From Anolis carolinensis (taxonomy: Eukaryota): a DNA stretch of 64,000 nt. The notes below the pieces were generated by a model. That model was not told where the DNA came from. It saw nothing but the letters and a program-made list of their open reading frames with translations, and made no database searches. The stretch spans positions 31,913,636 to 31,977,635 of the forward strand of contig NC_085841.1 of NCBI RefSeq assembly GCF_035594765.1, given 5' to 3'. The position numbers and the translations under genes were made by a program. Positions 26,653 to 40,409 of this stretch are shown here, in pieces. The stretch's first letter is position 1, and each line of letters begins with the position of its first letter.

Positions 26653-28377
26653 CACAGATTTTATGAAAATGTTCTCTCTAGGAATCTTTAGGTCCCCCAG
26701 TCTAACTTATGGTCAGCTTCTGCTGCAAGTTGGCCATAGATTCATGCTGGTGAAGCTAGATACCCAGAAAGGTGTTATCTCAGGTAATAAAAAGGTTTTT
26801 TTATTGCAGGTGTTAATTTGGCACGATGAAAGTGGAGGGCTGACTATACTGTACTTCCAAAGTTTGAGTTATATGACCTTTTTTTAAAAACACTTTGCAG
26901 ATTAACTGAAAATTGCACAAGTTTGGCACAGAACCCAAAAGTCAAGAAACTGTAGATAATTTTCCTGATCCAATTTGAGGGTTTAGAAAAACATGTTCAT
27001 CTTGATGGCTTTCACTGTCCCCAAAAGACACCCAAACAATTCCATGTCCCTCAAATGTACCTCTTCACTTCTTTCACAAGGTGGAATCCATGGATATAGA
27101 ATCCATGGATATGGAGGGCCAACTGGCCATGAATATACATGCAATATTTAGCTTCCCCCGGTATTAACAGAAATACATACACAAAGTACCTATTAGAAAA
27201 CAACACTTCACCATCTGGTTTGCAATTGTTTCATATTCTCTACCTTTTCTCTCTCTCTCTCTCCAAATGCTTGGGCTGTGTTCATCTCTGATATGTATCT
27301 CTTCAGTACAGAAAAAAAACTTCATCATATTTTTTACCTGGTGGATGTCCAACTTGATGAAAGAAGCAATGAAAACAAATGTGCTCTATTAGTTACAACT
27401 GATGCTACTTTTTATGTGATCAAACCACAGTTGGAAAATTTCAGAGTCAGATAAAAATCATTAGGAATCTTTTTTCCCTTAGGGTTTTTTGACATGAGCA
27501 CTGTTGAAAAAGGAAGCCTGTAATAAGGAGATAGGATGAATGGAAAATAAATATTTCACATGTTTTCAGGGGGGGAAATACACGGGCACCTGTGAATCTG
27601 TGAAAAATCAAATCTGCAAAAGGCACCTGTCGAAGCAAGCTTTCAAGTTTGTATCACTTTTGAGATAGATATTGTATTGATGGTTTTATTTAGAATTGGG
27701 AGGGGAAGGAACTTGTAGAAAAATGGCATAGTTATATAACAAAATTGTTTTTCTGTATGTTTTTGAAGGTGCTCAAAATGTTGAACATAGTGCTGATAGT
27801 ACTGTTACTACTAGACAAATTTCACCAAAAATGTGTAACATCTCAACAAAAATAGTCCCTTGTTTCAAAAATTTACAGTCTTATGGTGGATGTTTTTAGA
27901 TAGTGGGTTACTATCATTCATTAATTGCAGATGTTATCTTTCACCTTATTTGTGATCCAAAGCAGTTACAATTAACTTTCCAATGGCATTATGCAGCTAT
28001 TTTATTTTGAATTATTATTTTCTTTTAAAAACTGGAAGGAAGGAATAAGATAGCTGCTGGACACATGTATATTTCCATAAATTCCAAAGCTTGGAGAAGT
28101 TACTTTTAAAAATTGCAACTCCCAGAATCCTCCAGTTAGCATGCCTAGAATGAAAATGAAACTGAAACCCTCATTGCAAAGTGGTGCCGGAAGAGTTTTA
28201 TAAAACAGTGAGCCCTCGGTATCTGCTGGTCTTTCGTTACACAACATCCCATGGATACAAAAATTTGTGAATGCTCAAGTTCCATTATATACAGTGCAGC
28301 GGTGAAATTGTGCCTTAAATCATCATTTAAAGAGGCAATGCAATTTGAATGGCACCCAATTTTAGTTTTACTGTGGA

Positions 28378-29270
28378 GATTAAGATCTTCTGGAGAGGCC
28401 CTGCTCTCGGTCCCATTGGTGGGGAAGAGAGACGTGGACTTCTCAGTGATTGCCCCTCAGCTATGCAACTCCCTCCCTGGCTAGATTAGATCAGCCCCCT
28501 CCCTCCTGTCCTTTAGAAAGATGGTAAAGACCTGGCTGTGGGACCAAGCCTTTGGGGCAGTGCAATAATGGCAGCAATAGGAAATTTCACAGCTAACTTG
28601 TGACGGTTTTAAATAATGGTTTTAATGTGAAGATAACTGATTTTAGTTTTTATGAATATTTATGGTTTATTATATGTTCTGGCATTGAATGTTTGCCGTA
28701 TATATGTTTTACTCCACCTTGAGTCCTCTTCAGGGTAAGAAGGGCAGAATATAATTTTTTAAATAAATAAATAATACATTTTAAAATTTGAATTTAAATA
28801 TGAAAATGCATAGTTAAATTGACAATTTTAAGTGGGGACGAGGGAGAGGGCCTTCCCGATCTGGAACTTTCTCTCCAGGGAGATTGGACTAGCACCCACA
28901 CTAGCAATATTCTGTAAAGACTTGAAAACATGGTTGTTTCGATGAGCTTTTGATTAAATCAGCTGCACTTTCTCCACACAGTCCTAATTTACTCCTGTTT
29001 GGTTCTAACACTTTATTCTACTCTGGTCCTATTATCTACGATTTCACAAACCTGCCCCTCCCATGCATCTTGAATAGTCCTACTATTATCCTAGAATTGA
29101 TAAGTTGTAGTTTTATCTTTAGGACGTTTTAAGTATTTGTTCCTCTATGCATTTTAATTCTGTAATTTATACTGTGTTTTAATGATATGCTTGTTCTCAG
29201 GGCTTTGTCCCCATGTAAGCTGCCCCAAGTCCCTTTGAGGAGATGGAGGTGGGTTATAAGAAATATATTA

Positions 29271-29303
<33 letters not shown>
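28378..29303 (+). mobile_element. Two tandem L2 3' fragments (about 28378-28776 and 28832-29303)
   Basis: LRSSGEALLSVP...APQLCNSLP with a (TAAA)n tail, then a second gagggagagggccttc...ccccatgtaagctgcccc with a (TTA)n tail. Confidence 0.8.
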
Positions 29304-29305
<2 letters not shown>

Positions 29306-29347
29306 GATTTTGCATATTATAGAAGATACAGAACAGGATTATAGATA

Positions 29348-29670
29348 CAGTAGAATCTCACTTATCCAACACTCGCTTATCCAACGTTCTGGATTATCCA
29401 ACGCATTTTTGTAGTCAATGTTTTCAATACATCGTGATATTTTTGTGCTAAATTCGTAAATACAGTAATTACTACATAGCATTACTGCGTATTGAACTAC
29501 TTTTTCTGTTGAATTTGTTGTATAACATGATATTTTGGTGCTTAATTTGTAAAATCATAACCTAATTTGATGTGTAATAGGCTTTTCCTTAATCCCTCCT
29601 TATTATCCAACATATTTGCTTATCCAACGTTCTGCCTGCCCGTTTATGTTGGATAAGTGAGACTCTACTG
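29348..29670 (+). mobile_element. Tc1/mariner MITE
   Basis: TA|CAGTAGAATCTCACTTATCCAA...TTGGATAAGTGAGACTCTACTG|TA, with an intact TA TSD. Confidence 0.92.
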
Positions 29671-29949
29671 TAATTAGTAAACATTCTTCCTGTATACCAT
29701 TTGAAGGAGAGATATGTTCAAATGATGCATGCCTTTGGTACTCTAATTCTCTTTCCTCTTGAAACAAAAGACATGGCCAGGCACACAATACAATCACAGG
29801 GAGCATCAATATATTTTCAGTATATTTATCACACAGAAGAGCACACAAGAGCTAAGTCTATACAGTGCATTCAGCTTGTGACTACTCAATAAACCCCACT
29901 GAGGTTAATGTGAGTTACTCCCACTGGAGCAACTGATTACTTAGGATCA

Positions 29950-30730
29950 TTCACTTTCTAGCAAATGCATCATTTGCCCTTTAAATGCAATTGTGTCTCC
30001 CTTGTGAATGTGCACATTCTTGGTGCAAACAGAAGGCCATCATGGCTGTGTTTTGACAGACGGCTTTGCTACAAAGAGCATTTCGTTCTAAAGGCTATTC
30101 AGCCATCTTTTAGAAACAAAGGTGAAAATGATTGCAGGAATCTTAAAGGACAAGCCCAGTCTGCTTGCACTGCCATCAACATGCTTTCCTCTTCCCTAGG
30201 GTGCCTGCACACCACCATCATTCGAACTGTAACTAGTGCCATCGCAAGCCACTCAGACAGCAATAAAGACATTCGAGCAGCCAGCAAAACACTCCGTTGC
30301 TTCGACAGGAAAAGTACATTACAGAGCCCGGCATCTGTGTCTTGCAGCTGCCAAGTATCCTCCATGTGTTGTTACAGCTGTTGACTCTATTGCGGAGGAA
30401 GGCAGAACAGAAGGATGGGAAAGAAGGCGCATTAAGAATATTCAGCTCCTGGAGAAGGTAGCCAGATGATCCGCCTGTCCAATCCAGGCCTCTCCTACGC
30501 ACACGAGCTCCTACTGCTCTTTCTTTGCTCTAGTAAGGCTGTAAATCCTGAGACCACAAAGCCAGACATCAGGCATTTTGCAGCTAGCTCAGACACAGGA
30601 TCGGATGAAGCCTTATAAGGCACAGCCATTCATAGCTTTGGGATATTCTTCCCACAGAAGCTGGAGGGGAGACATAAACCTCGGGACAAGGTTTATTCAT
30701 TCGAATGAAAATGAACAGCTGAATAACACA
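29950..30730. promoter_or_regulatory. Candidate conserved regulatory element (CArG plus E-boxes)
   Basis: No recognisable repeat and many retained CpGs. Perfect CArG box CCTTATAAGG at 30611-30620. CAGCTG E-boxes near 30344, 30375 and 30716. Confidence 0.4.
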
Positions 30731-31125
30731 AGAAGGGAGGGGGAAAGTATAAACTAGTTATTTTGAAAGAGAATGTTTAGAGGATACACTTTTAAGTATT
30801 TAACCAGACTAAGGGCTTGGGAAACTAATTTCCTCTGTTAGATTTTTAGTTTATATTATATAAACTATATATATATAATATCATATTTATTATATAAAAA
30901 TTAAATTATATTCATCTTAGCATGCAGTGGGATGGTGATGATGATGATGATATTTATTTTCATCCTACCTTTTCAGATAAAAATTAAAAATAAATAATAA
31001 ACAAACAATAGGAATAAAAGTAGCTAAAAACATCTTGAAATAGAAAAAAACTTTTAAACACCTTTTCTATAAACTAACTTTCCAACTTTTCTGTTTGTTC
31101 ATCAGATATGTGTGAATATTGTAAA

Positions 31126-31427
31126 CATAGAATCATAGAATCATAGAACTGGAAGAGACCTCGTGGGCCATCCAGTCCAACCCCCTGCAAGAAGCAGGAA
31201 AATCACATTCAAAGCACCCCCGACAGATAGTCATCCAGCCTCTGCTTAAAAGCCTTCAAAGAAGGAGCCTCCACCACACTCCGGGGGAGAGAGTTCCACT
31301 GCCGAACAGCTCTCACAGTGAGGAAGTTCTTCCTAATGTTCAGGTGGAATCTCCTTTCCTGTAGTTTGAAGCCATTGTTCTGCATCCTAGTCTGCAGGGC
31401 AGCAGCAAACAAGCTTGCTCCCTCCTC
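31126..31427 (-). mobile_element. Young CR1 3' end
   Basis: (CATAGAAT)n tail on the + strand. ORF NNGFKLQERRFHLNIRKNFLTVRAVRQWNSLP. Confidence 0.93.
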
Positions 31428-32180
31428 ACAAAGAAATTGTGTCCAATTTCAGATAAATGGCTTTCTGCACCACTCATTTCTAAAGCTTGATTTGTTTTTG
31501 TTTTTTTTTAAGAATTGGGTTTTTCAATATTCTTTTTTAAAAAAACAGAAAGAGTGTAAGTTTGGAAGACATTTATAGCTATCGTTGCTTCTCCTGGGGA
31601 GGAATCTATTAGTGTCATCATTCAGAAATGGTTCAGTTCAATAAAAACATCACAAGTCCCACCCAGTCATTTTTAAACTATAAATTTTAAATTGACATTT
31701 TTATAGGTATGAATGATTTCAATGTGTGCATTAATTTTATATTTATGCATTTTGAATGGTTTTATGTTTTTATCTTGAACCTTGGGAACTTTGGGAAGAG
31801 GCAGTTAAGAAATAAAATGGACTTTTGTGCATTCTATTATCCCCCTCCCGCACACCCCAGTTTTCTGCATTATTGCACTGATGTTAGTCAATATTTCTGG
31901 CTTTTTCATAGGTAAAAGGACACTTTTATAGAACTCTAGTCCTCATTCATGAACTACACTATGGATTATCTCTCTCTATAAATTCCACCATCATCTCTAA
32001 AACTGTGGATCAACAGACTACCAATTATTGACTCATTTAGCTGTGACTGGTCACTAACCTTTCTTGTACACAGAGACAACAAATCCGGGGTGATGGTGGG
32101 TAGTGTATGGCTAAAATTCATACACAAAAATAAAATAAAAATACTTTTACTACAGCAATGTTTTGTTGGATTGAGACCTT

Positions 32181-32545
32181 AGGCCCTATCTACATTGACC
32201 ATTTAATGCAGTTTCAAACCAGTATTGATGGAAGTGGTTTCACTGTGCAGATAATTACATAGAAAATCCTGGAACTAGTTTCAACTCTGGACGGTAATCA
32301 CACAGGTCACAAAGCACTGATGCTTTCTTTTATATGCTTTCTTTTGTATGCTTTTCTGACTCTTTGTTGTCCGACAGCCACAGTTTGAAGCTAGCTTCGA
32401 ATCGCATTAAATTGTTAGTGTAGATGGGGTATATAATCTAGATTATCATTTACTGGCATTGTTAGGGATAATACAGGTTCTCTGTTTTGAATTGGATTAT
32501 ATGAGCCTACACTGCCAATTTTATATGGCAGTGTAGAAGGGGCCT
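32181..32545. mobile_element. PIF/Harbinger-like MITE(s)
   Basis: Termini aggccctatctacattg... and ...cagtgtagaaggggcct, plus an internal gtgtagatgggg end that suggests two related copies. Confidence 0.5.
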
Positions 32546-32661
32546 AGATCTCATGTACTTTGAATTTAGTTCTAACAAACTAAGACATTCTTCCTCAGCT
32601 GGGGGCATCATTTTTGGGAAGGCCAAAGTAAAGTACATACTTAATCTTACAAACATAGGTA

Positions 32662-34144
32662 CCGTATACCGAAGATAGGCTGAGTTTTTTTTAATCTCTT
32701 TTTGGGGGCTGAAAAAGCCTCCCCCGGCTTATAATGGGGTCAAGGTCAAGCCGGCACCGGAGCCTGGAGGCCACAGTATGTTTTCTTTTCCAAAACCTCC
32801 CTCCTCCACTTCTCCTCCCAGGCTGGAGTTATCTTAATTTTTTAAGAGAAAGAGAGAGAGACAAGAAGGGAATGTTTTCAAAAGCGAAAGAAGAGTGCCA
32901 GCGAAACCCTTGCAAGCCAGGAAGAAGAAAAATATTGCATGGGTGGAAGGGAAAGAAAAAGAAAGACACCTGCAAATTTGCAGGATTCATTGCTATTATT
33001 TTTATTATTATTACTATTATTGCAAGAACATTTGAGTCAAAAGGGACGGAAGGAGGGAAAGGAGAGCAACAGAAGGTGTGTATTTCTTTTTATTCCTAGG
33101 GAAACAAAAATGGGATGGGTTTTTTTTTGGGAGGGGGAGAGAAGCTTTAAAAAGCCTTTTGTGGCTACTTTTAGAGTTTGAAAAATGGAGAAAGAAAAGA
33201 AGTGGGAAAGGGCAGGAGAAAAGAGGCCAAAGTTGTTTTAGGGGGGCTTTGCTTGCATTTCTTCCTTGGGCAAATGCATGCCCCAAAGCTTGTAAATATT
33301 TATATAGATGTTCCCCCTACAAAGACATTAATATATGAATTTTCCCCTCATATGTTTGCAGGTCTTTGCAAATCCTATATACATATAGATATCTAGAGAT
33401 TTCCATGTACCTGTATATCTGTATCTATGTGTATACATTAATTTTATATATGAATTTTACCCTCACATGTTTGCAAGTATCTGCAAGTCCTATATAGATA
33501 TAATCATCTCTATATAGATAGATGTCTAGATAGATAGATATTAATATAGATATATAGAGGTTGCAAATAATACACACACACACACATAGAGAGAGAGATG
33601 TCTACATAGATATAAACATTGATTAGGGCTTGCAAATATTGCAGGAGGAAAATGCATATAGAGAGAGGATTTGCAAAGGTTTCAGGGGAAAATACAAATG
33701 TGAAATTAGTATATATAATTATAGATCTATATCTAGCTTTGCATTGTTTATATGGGCATTGAATGTTTGTCTGTTACTATGTTGGAAGCCAGCCTGAGGG
33801 AGATAGAGTGGGATACAAAGGAAGCTGTTGATGTTGATGATGATGATGATTATAAAGTTATTGTTGATACCACATTGTTTTTGTTGACCCTACTTTTCCA
33901 CTTGTAGAGTTAGTTTACTGTGGGGGTTTTTTTTGAAATACGGTAAATATTCAAAACATTTAACCCACCGATGCCTCAATTAATGTAATTTTATTGGTAT
34001 CTATTTTTATTTTGAAATTTACCAGTAGCTGCTGCATTTTCCACCCTCGTCTTATATTCGAGTCAATAAGTTTTCCTAGTTTTTTGTGGTAAAATTAGGT
34101 GCCTCAGCTTATATTTGGGTCGGTTTACACTCGAGTATATACAC
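32662..34144. mobile_element. Non-autonomous Tc1/mariner-type element (about 1.5 kb, low-complexity interior)
   Basis: TA|CCGTATA(..)CGA... left end and ...CTCGAGTATATACAC|TA right end. Internal sub-terminal gcttatat/ctcgag repeats. No transposase ORF. Confidence 0.65.
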
Positions 34145-35585
34145 TATATGTTGGTTATGATGGAGGGGAATATTATAAGGAATCACAGCCTATCCTTGCC
34201 ATCTCTACTAAAAAGATCTCAAGGACTGTGAAAAAAATGTTATGCTAGTCTGAAGCTTAAAATGTTCTGCAAGCTGGTCTAAATGAGCCATATACATTTT
34301 ATTCACTGCAAGGAACTATGTTTTTAGAAATTATTTTATCCAGTGACATCTTCAGATTGAAATATATGAAGACAGACAGAATGCAATGCATCTCTATATC
34401 ACAGTAAGAGGTGAGTGAATTATCTCCTAAATGTCTGAGTTGGTGCCATAAAGTTAAATGGTGAAAATCTTTTTTTCCCTCCCATAATAGAGTTTGGATC
34501 ATAAGTAGGATTTGCGATGCATGCCTAATTGTAGGGAAAAGTAACTGCTGAAGTTGTAACTATGAACATTAAGCTAAAAACATGGTTATGTTTGCCGAAT
34601 CCCATTCTAGGGCTTTAATCATCCTGGAAAAGACGTCATGGTACATTTCTTATCCTGAATTCTGAAATACTCCAAAATGCTAAATTATTATTCACTTTCC
34701 ATAAGATGTAAACTGCTTGAAGATGCTCAACAACAAACCTAGCTTGAAGTATATGCATCCACAACCTTGCTGAACTGAAAGAGATCTAGGTTTGTTTAGT
34801 ACTACCTATATAAGTGATTGCATGGGGACCTTATGAATGGTTCTACTTTGGTTCTATCATAGAAGAATGGCATACACATGTCACAGATAAATTTAACGTA
34901 TCAAGCATGTCCATAAACCCTCACAAAGTAGAGAATCTCAGCTTTACATAAACAACATTCAGTATTTTTGGAATAAGGCATATTACAAATAAGAAAATAA
35001 TAATATCAACATTACTCATTGTTGCAGATGGTGCTAGTTCCCAAAAATGGGACTGCACCAAAGAAACCACATTGTTGGAAATCTCATTGCACATATTCTA
35101 ACTGATTTCAGAAGAACTATGCCAATTGGAATGTGAATCAGTGATGGTCAGTGCTGAATTTCACTTTTGTTGAATTTCTCATTTTCCTCATTACAACTTT
35201 GTTCTTGGCTTCTGCAAGCACCAAGCTGCAAATACAGCAAAATCCATCCCAAGAACTCTACAAAAAATGGTGCACTTTTGCATGTAGAGAGAGAGAGAGC
35301 ACATTTTTGCATTTTTTTTCCTTTGTGCAAACGTTTATTGCATGCTACTTTTGGTTTACAAAACAGATCATAAAATTTTGAAAACTATTCATTTGAATGT
35401 ACAAGTGTGCTTGCTTGGAGTCTGGCAGGTCCCCATTTGGCAAATTACTACCAAAATTCAGGCCTGACAAACTTCTTATATATCACTGAACTGGATCAAG
35501 TGTAGAGTGATTCCCTATTTACACAATTTATTTATAAATGAAATTGACCTGGGTCTGATCATGGTACCCACATTTTGTCTCAGTG

Positions 35586-35895
35586 CAGTAGAGTCTCACT
35601 TATCCAAGACTCGCTTATCCAAGGTTCTGGATTATCCAATGAATTTTGTAGTCAATGTTTTCAATATATTTTGGTGCTAAATTAGTAAATACAGTCATTA
35701 CAACATAACATTACTGCATATTGAACTACTTTTTCTGTCAAATTTGTTGTATAACATGATGTTTTGGTGCTTAATTTGTAAAATCATAACCTACTTTGAT
35801 GTTTAATAGGCTTTTCCTTAATCCTTATTATCTAAGATATTCGCTTATCCAAGGTTCTGCCAGCCTGTTTAGCTTGGATAAGTGAAACTCTACTG
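35586..35895 (+). mobile_element. Tc1/mariner MITE
   Basis: Same TIRs and interior as 29348-29670. Confidence 0.9.
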
Positions 35896-36654
35896 TACTT
35901 TGAAGAAACACATGTATTACATTTTATGAGCAGCTGCTTGACACCAATTTGGCATAGATGACAGTGACCAAAGGCTTCAATGTCTTTACTCCATCGTCTT
36001 GATATAGGCATTCACGTGATTTTGGAGTAATATAAAATATCTGTAGGCCAGGGTTTGAATCCCTGGTTTGCCTGCAAACCCGCTGGGTGACTTTTGGGCA
36101 AGTCACCTCTTTCAACTTCAGATAAATGACATGGCAAACATCTTTGAACAAATGTAGTCAACAAAACTCATAATAGGTTAACCTAGGTTTATCAAATCTT
36201 GGAAGCAGCTTGAAGACACAGAACAACTATAAAGATAACATGGATGGAATAATGACCAAATCCAAGAATTTGTCCAATAAGGACTGTTTTCCATCATGCT
36301 GAGGACAGCTTTCCTTTTTTGAAACACAGTATGAACATAGCAAACATCAGTTTATTGGTAGTCATTAAAAGGGGCAAGAATTTTCTATTCTTTCCAACCT
36401 GTTATATAATGTATAACTATAAATAATGTATAACTATAAATATAAATAATGGCCAACATCTGAAAGAACATAATGCCACATGTTTGGGATTAAACAGTTT
36501 GCTCCTATTGTATGTAGCCTTCTCCTGACCAAATGATTTGGCCCAGCCCAGCAGTAGCTGCCACGTGAAGCTTTCTCATGTGATAATGAGAAACATAGAA
36601 CCAAATATGTCCATAGTGACTGGTCTGCAGAACATGTATCCCTGTTAACACAAT

Positions 36655-38505
36655 ATGGACGAAGGATTTGGGGAAATCCAACCCCAAATAGGGAGACAAG
36701 TTGTCCAGGAACACCTGGCCGCTCTAAACGAATTCAAGTCCCCAGGGCCAGATCAGCTACATCCAAGAGTATTGAAGGAACTAGCTGAGGTTATTTCAGA
36801 ACCACTGACAATTATCTTTGAGAGTTCTTGGAGAACAGGAGAAGTCCTGGAAGATTGGAGGAGGGCAAATGTGGTCCCTATCTTCAAGAAGGGAAAAAAG
36901 AACGACCCAAACAATTACCGTCCGGTCAGCCTCACGTCAATACCAGGCAAGATTCTGGAAAAGATCATTAAGGAAGTGGTCTGAAAACACTTAGAAACAA
37001 ATGCGGTCATTGCTAATAGTCAACACGGATTTACCAAAAACAAGTCATGCCAGACTAATCTGATCTCTTTTTTCGATAGAGTTACGAGTTTATTTATTTA
37101 TTTATTTATTTCAAATATTTCTATCCCGCCCTTCTCACCCGGAGGGACTCAAGGCAGTGTACAATTGGCAACAATTCGATGCCGATACATCATTAAAAAC
37201 AACAACATATAAAAATATATTACAACCAATTAAATACAGTATAAAATATAAAACATAAAACATATGCTTAAAATCCGTTCGTCCAATATCCTCCAACTTT
37301 ATCCATATAACAATCTGGGTCGATACAGGGAATGCCGTGGATGTAGCCTACCTAGATTTCAGTAAGGCCTTCGATAAAGTCCCTCACAACCTTCTGGCAA
37401 ACAAACTAGTAAAATGTGGGCTAGACAAAACTACGGTTAGGTGGATCTGTAATTGGCTAAGCGAACGAACCCAAAGGGTGCTCACCAATGCGTCGTCTTC
37501 ATCTTGGAAAGAAGTCACGAGTGGAGTGCCGCAGGGTTCCGTCCTGAGCCCGGTTCTGTTTAACATCTTTATTAACAACTTAGACTAAGGGTTAGAAGGC
37601 ACGATCATCAAGTTTGCAGACGACAACAAACTGGGAGGGATAGCCAACACTCCAGAAAACAGAGCAGAATTCAAAACGATCTTGACAGACTAGAGAGATG
37701 GGCCGAAACTAACAAAATGAAGTTCAACAGGGATAAATGCAAGATACTTCATTTCGGCAGTAAAAATGGAATGCAAAGATACAGAATGGGGGACGCCTGG
37801 TTAGACAGCAGTACATGTGAAAAAGATCTTGGAGTCCTTGTGGACAACAAGTTAAACATGAGCCAGCAATGTGATGCGGCTGCTAAGAAAGCCAACAGGA
37901 TTCTGGCCTGCATCAATAGGAGTATAGTGTCTAGATCCAGGGAAGTCATGCTCCCCATCTATTCTGCCTTGGTCAGACCACAGCTGGAATACTGTGTCCA
38001 ATTCTGGGCACCGCAGTTGAAGGGAGATGTTGACAAGCTGGAATGTGTCCAGAGGAGGGCAACTAAAATGATCAAAGGTCTGGAGAACAAGCCCTATGAG
38101 GAGAGGCTTGAAGAACTGGGCATGTTTAGCTTGCAGAAGAGAAGGCTGAGAGGAGACATGATAGCCATATACAAATATGTGAGAGGAAGTCATAGGGAGG
38201 AGAGAGCAAGCTTGTTTTCTGCTGCCCTGCAGACTAGGACACGGAACAATGGCTTCAAACTACAGGAAAGGAGATTCCACCTGAACATCAGGAAGAACTT
38301 CCTCACTGTGAGGGCTGTTTGGCAGTGGAACTCTCTGCCCCGGACTGTGGTGGAGGCTCCTTCTTTGGAGGCTTTTAAGCAGAGGCTGGATGGCCATCTG
38401 TCGGGGGTGCTTTGAATGCGATTTCCTGCTTCTTGGCAGGGGGTTGGACTGGATGGCCCATGAGGTCTCTTCCAACTCTACTATTCTATGATTCTATGAT
38501 TCTAT
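36655..38505 (+). pseudogene. Young 5'-truncated CR1 ORF2 (reverse transcriptase) plus 3' UTR
   Basis: [56 protein letters not shown] and LEYCVQFW. Stops at about 36982 and 37586, a frameshift near 37660, and an (ATTCTATG)n tail. Confidence 0.95.
37090..37315 (-). mobile_element. L2 3' fragment inserted into CR1 RT
   Basis: (TTTA)n plus cccgcccttctcacccggagggactcaaggc, the reverse L2 tail. It interrupts CR1 codons RVTS|WVDTGNAV. Confidence 0.85.
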
Positions 38506-39891
38506 ATAAATGCCACAGACTACTCTGTAGATGCCTTTTCCACCAGACAGCTCTGTTGCCAGTTATTCGCAGCTACTCGAGTTATTTTATGCCTTCGTTG
38601 CTGTCTGTCTCCCCTTTCTGGTTGAGCAGATGCTTATCCTATTGCCTTACTTCACTGCATGGCTTTTATATTCTTGGCTCCACCATGGCTTACGGCCTCA
38701 TCATTCAGGGCCATAAGAACTCCAGTTCTTTACCCACTTTTGCTGCATAACTTGCCAACATCTCAGTGAGCCATGACAAATATTAAGGCTATTGATGTGC
38801 CCCTGAAACACACATCTCTTTTACATCTACTTCAACAAATATGTTTAGTATACACTCGAGAAAGGTGTTTCTGAAATGTGAAGTATATATTTGAATATAG
38901 ATAGAGCAACTATGGTAACCAAACATGTGTCCCTGTTGGACCAGCTGTGATACTGGAGGTGTTATTTAACCAGCATAATGTCTGCAATACAAAAGAGATC
39001 ATAAAGTGCATAGGGATACTACATGTTATGGTACTATGAGTATGTGGTCTGAACAGTCTATCTGAAATAGTTATTGGGAGAAGATAAAATTGTAGCTCCC
39101 CAACTATTTGAGCAACAATTCCTGATATCTGAATTGCCAGAAACAGAGTGAGTGTGGTTTCTAGCATAGTGGGCTTCAAGCTAATAGACATTAATGCACT
39201 TCTTTACAGAACTATAGGACACCAACACATCCCTGAAGCTGAATGCTGGGAGAAAATCTATCAAAAAATAGAAACTTGCATACACCCCCCCCCCCCAATT
39301 CCTCCTCCTGTCTTGTACTTTGTCCTGATCTATAAAACATTGGCATAAATGGGGTGACTTGAGCAATTGCAATTCTTTCAATTATTTCTTTCTTCCCATT
39401 CAAAATATATGATTTCTGAATCTTGAGTAAATCTCTTCTTTTTCCTCAATTAAAAATATGCACATATGCATATGCAATATACACATAATAAAAGTGAAAA
39501 ATGTGTGTGTGTGTGGAGGATGTGTCCACTTACACAGACAGCCTCCCACCTCCACAAACAGCTATAGTTCCCAAGGAGCAGGAAACACCATTGGCCCTCC
39601 CTCCACTGGCATGCATGTTCCGTAAACATGTAGCCCAAACCTTGACAGTGTCCTCCACAAACACCATTCTGCCCCCCTCCCCCGCCATCCAAGTGAAGGC
39701 TTTCATGCAGGGACAATTTCATCCTAGATGTTCTGTTTTTCCTCCAGAATGGACATCCCACATGCCCACTGCCTCTTCCTTAAACCTTTCCTATGGCACA
39801 CAGTTAACAGAGTAATTGATCAGGAATTGAACAAGAGGTTTGAGGAGAATTCATCATGATTTACACAAGTTGTACTTGACCTACATCCAGA

Positions 39892-40366
39892 GAGCACCGC
39901 GGTTGGTGGGGACGAGAGAGAGGGCCTTCTCCGTTGTGTCTCCCCGGCTTTGGAACTCTCTTCCTAGAGAGATCAGGCAGGCCCCTACCCTCCTCTCCTT
40001 TCGTAGGAGCTTAAAAACCTGGCTCTTCCAAAAGGCCTTTGACACCTAATTTGATGTTGGACTGATTCATCTGCCCATTTTATAATAGCCCCCATTTCTG
40101 AGGTGTTGCCAATGCTATTTTGCACTTTATTGTCCATTTCTACCGGCACATTCTGTTCTGGATTTTATGAATTAGTCTCCTGTTTTAATATTGTATGTTT
40201 CTTGTATGCTTCTTGTCAATTTTAACGATTGTTTTATTGATATTGATGTTTTACTGGTATAATTGTTTTATAGTTGTGTTACTGATATTTGATTGTTTTA
40301 TCGGGCTAGGCCCCATGTAAGCCGCCCTGAGTCCCTTCGGGGAGATGGGGCGGGTATAAAAATAAA

Positions 40367-40406
<40 letters not shown>
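39892..40406 (+). mobile_element. L2 3' fragment
   Basis: RAFSVVSPRLWNSLPREIRQAP...FRRSLKTWLF, followed by a (TTA)n tail. Confidence 0.9.
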
Positions 40407-40407
<1 letters not shown>

Positions 40408-40409
40408 TC

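Noticed and set aside
37717-38415. Longest ORF (232 aa) as a host gene
   Set aside because: It is the C-terminus of CR1 ORF2 in a truncated, stop-containing copy.
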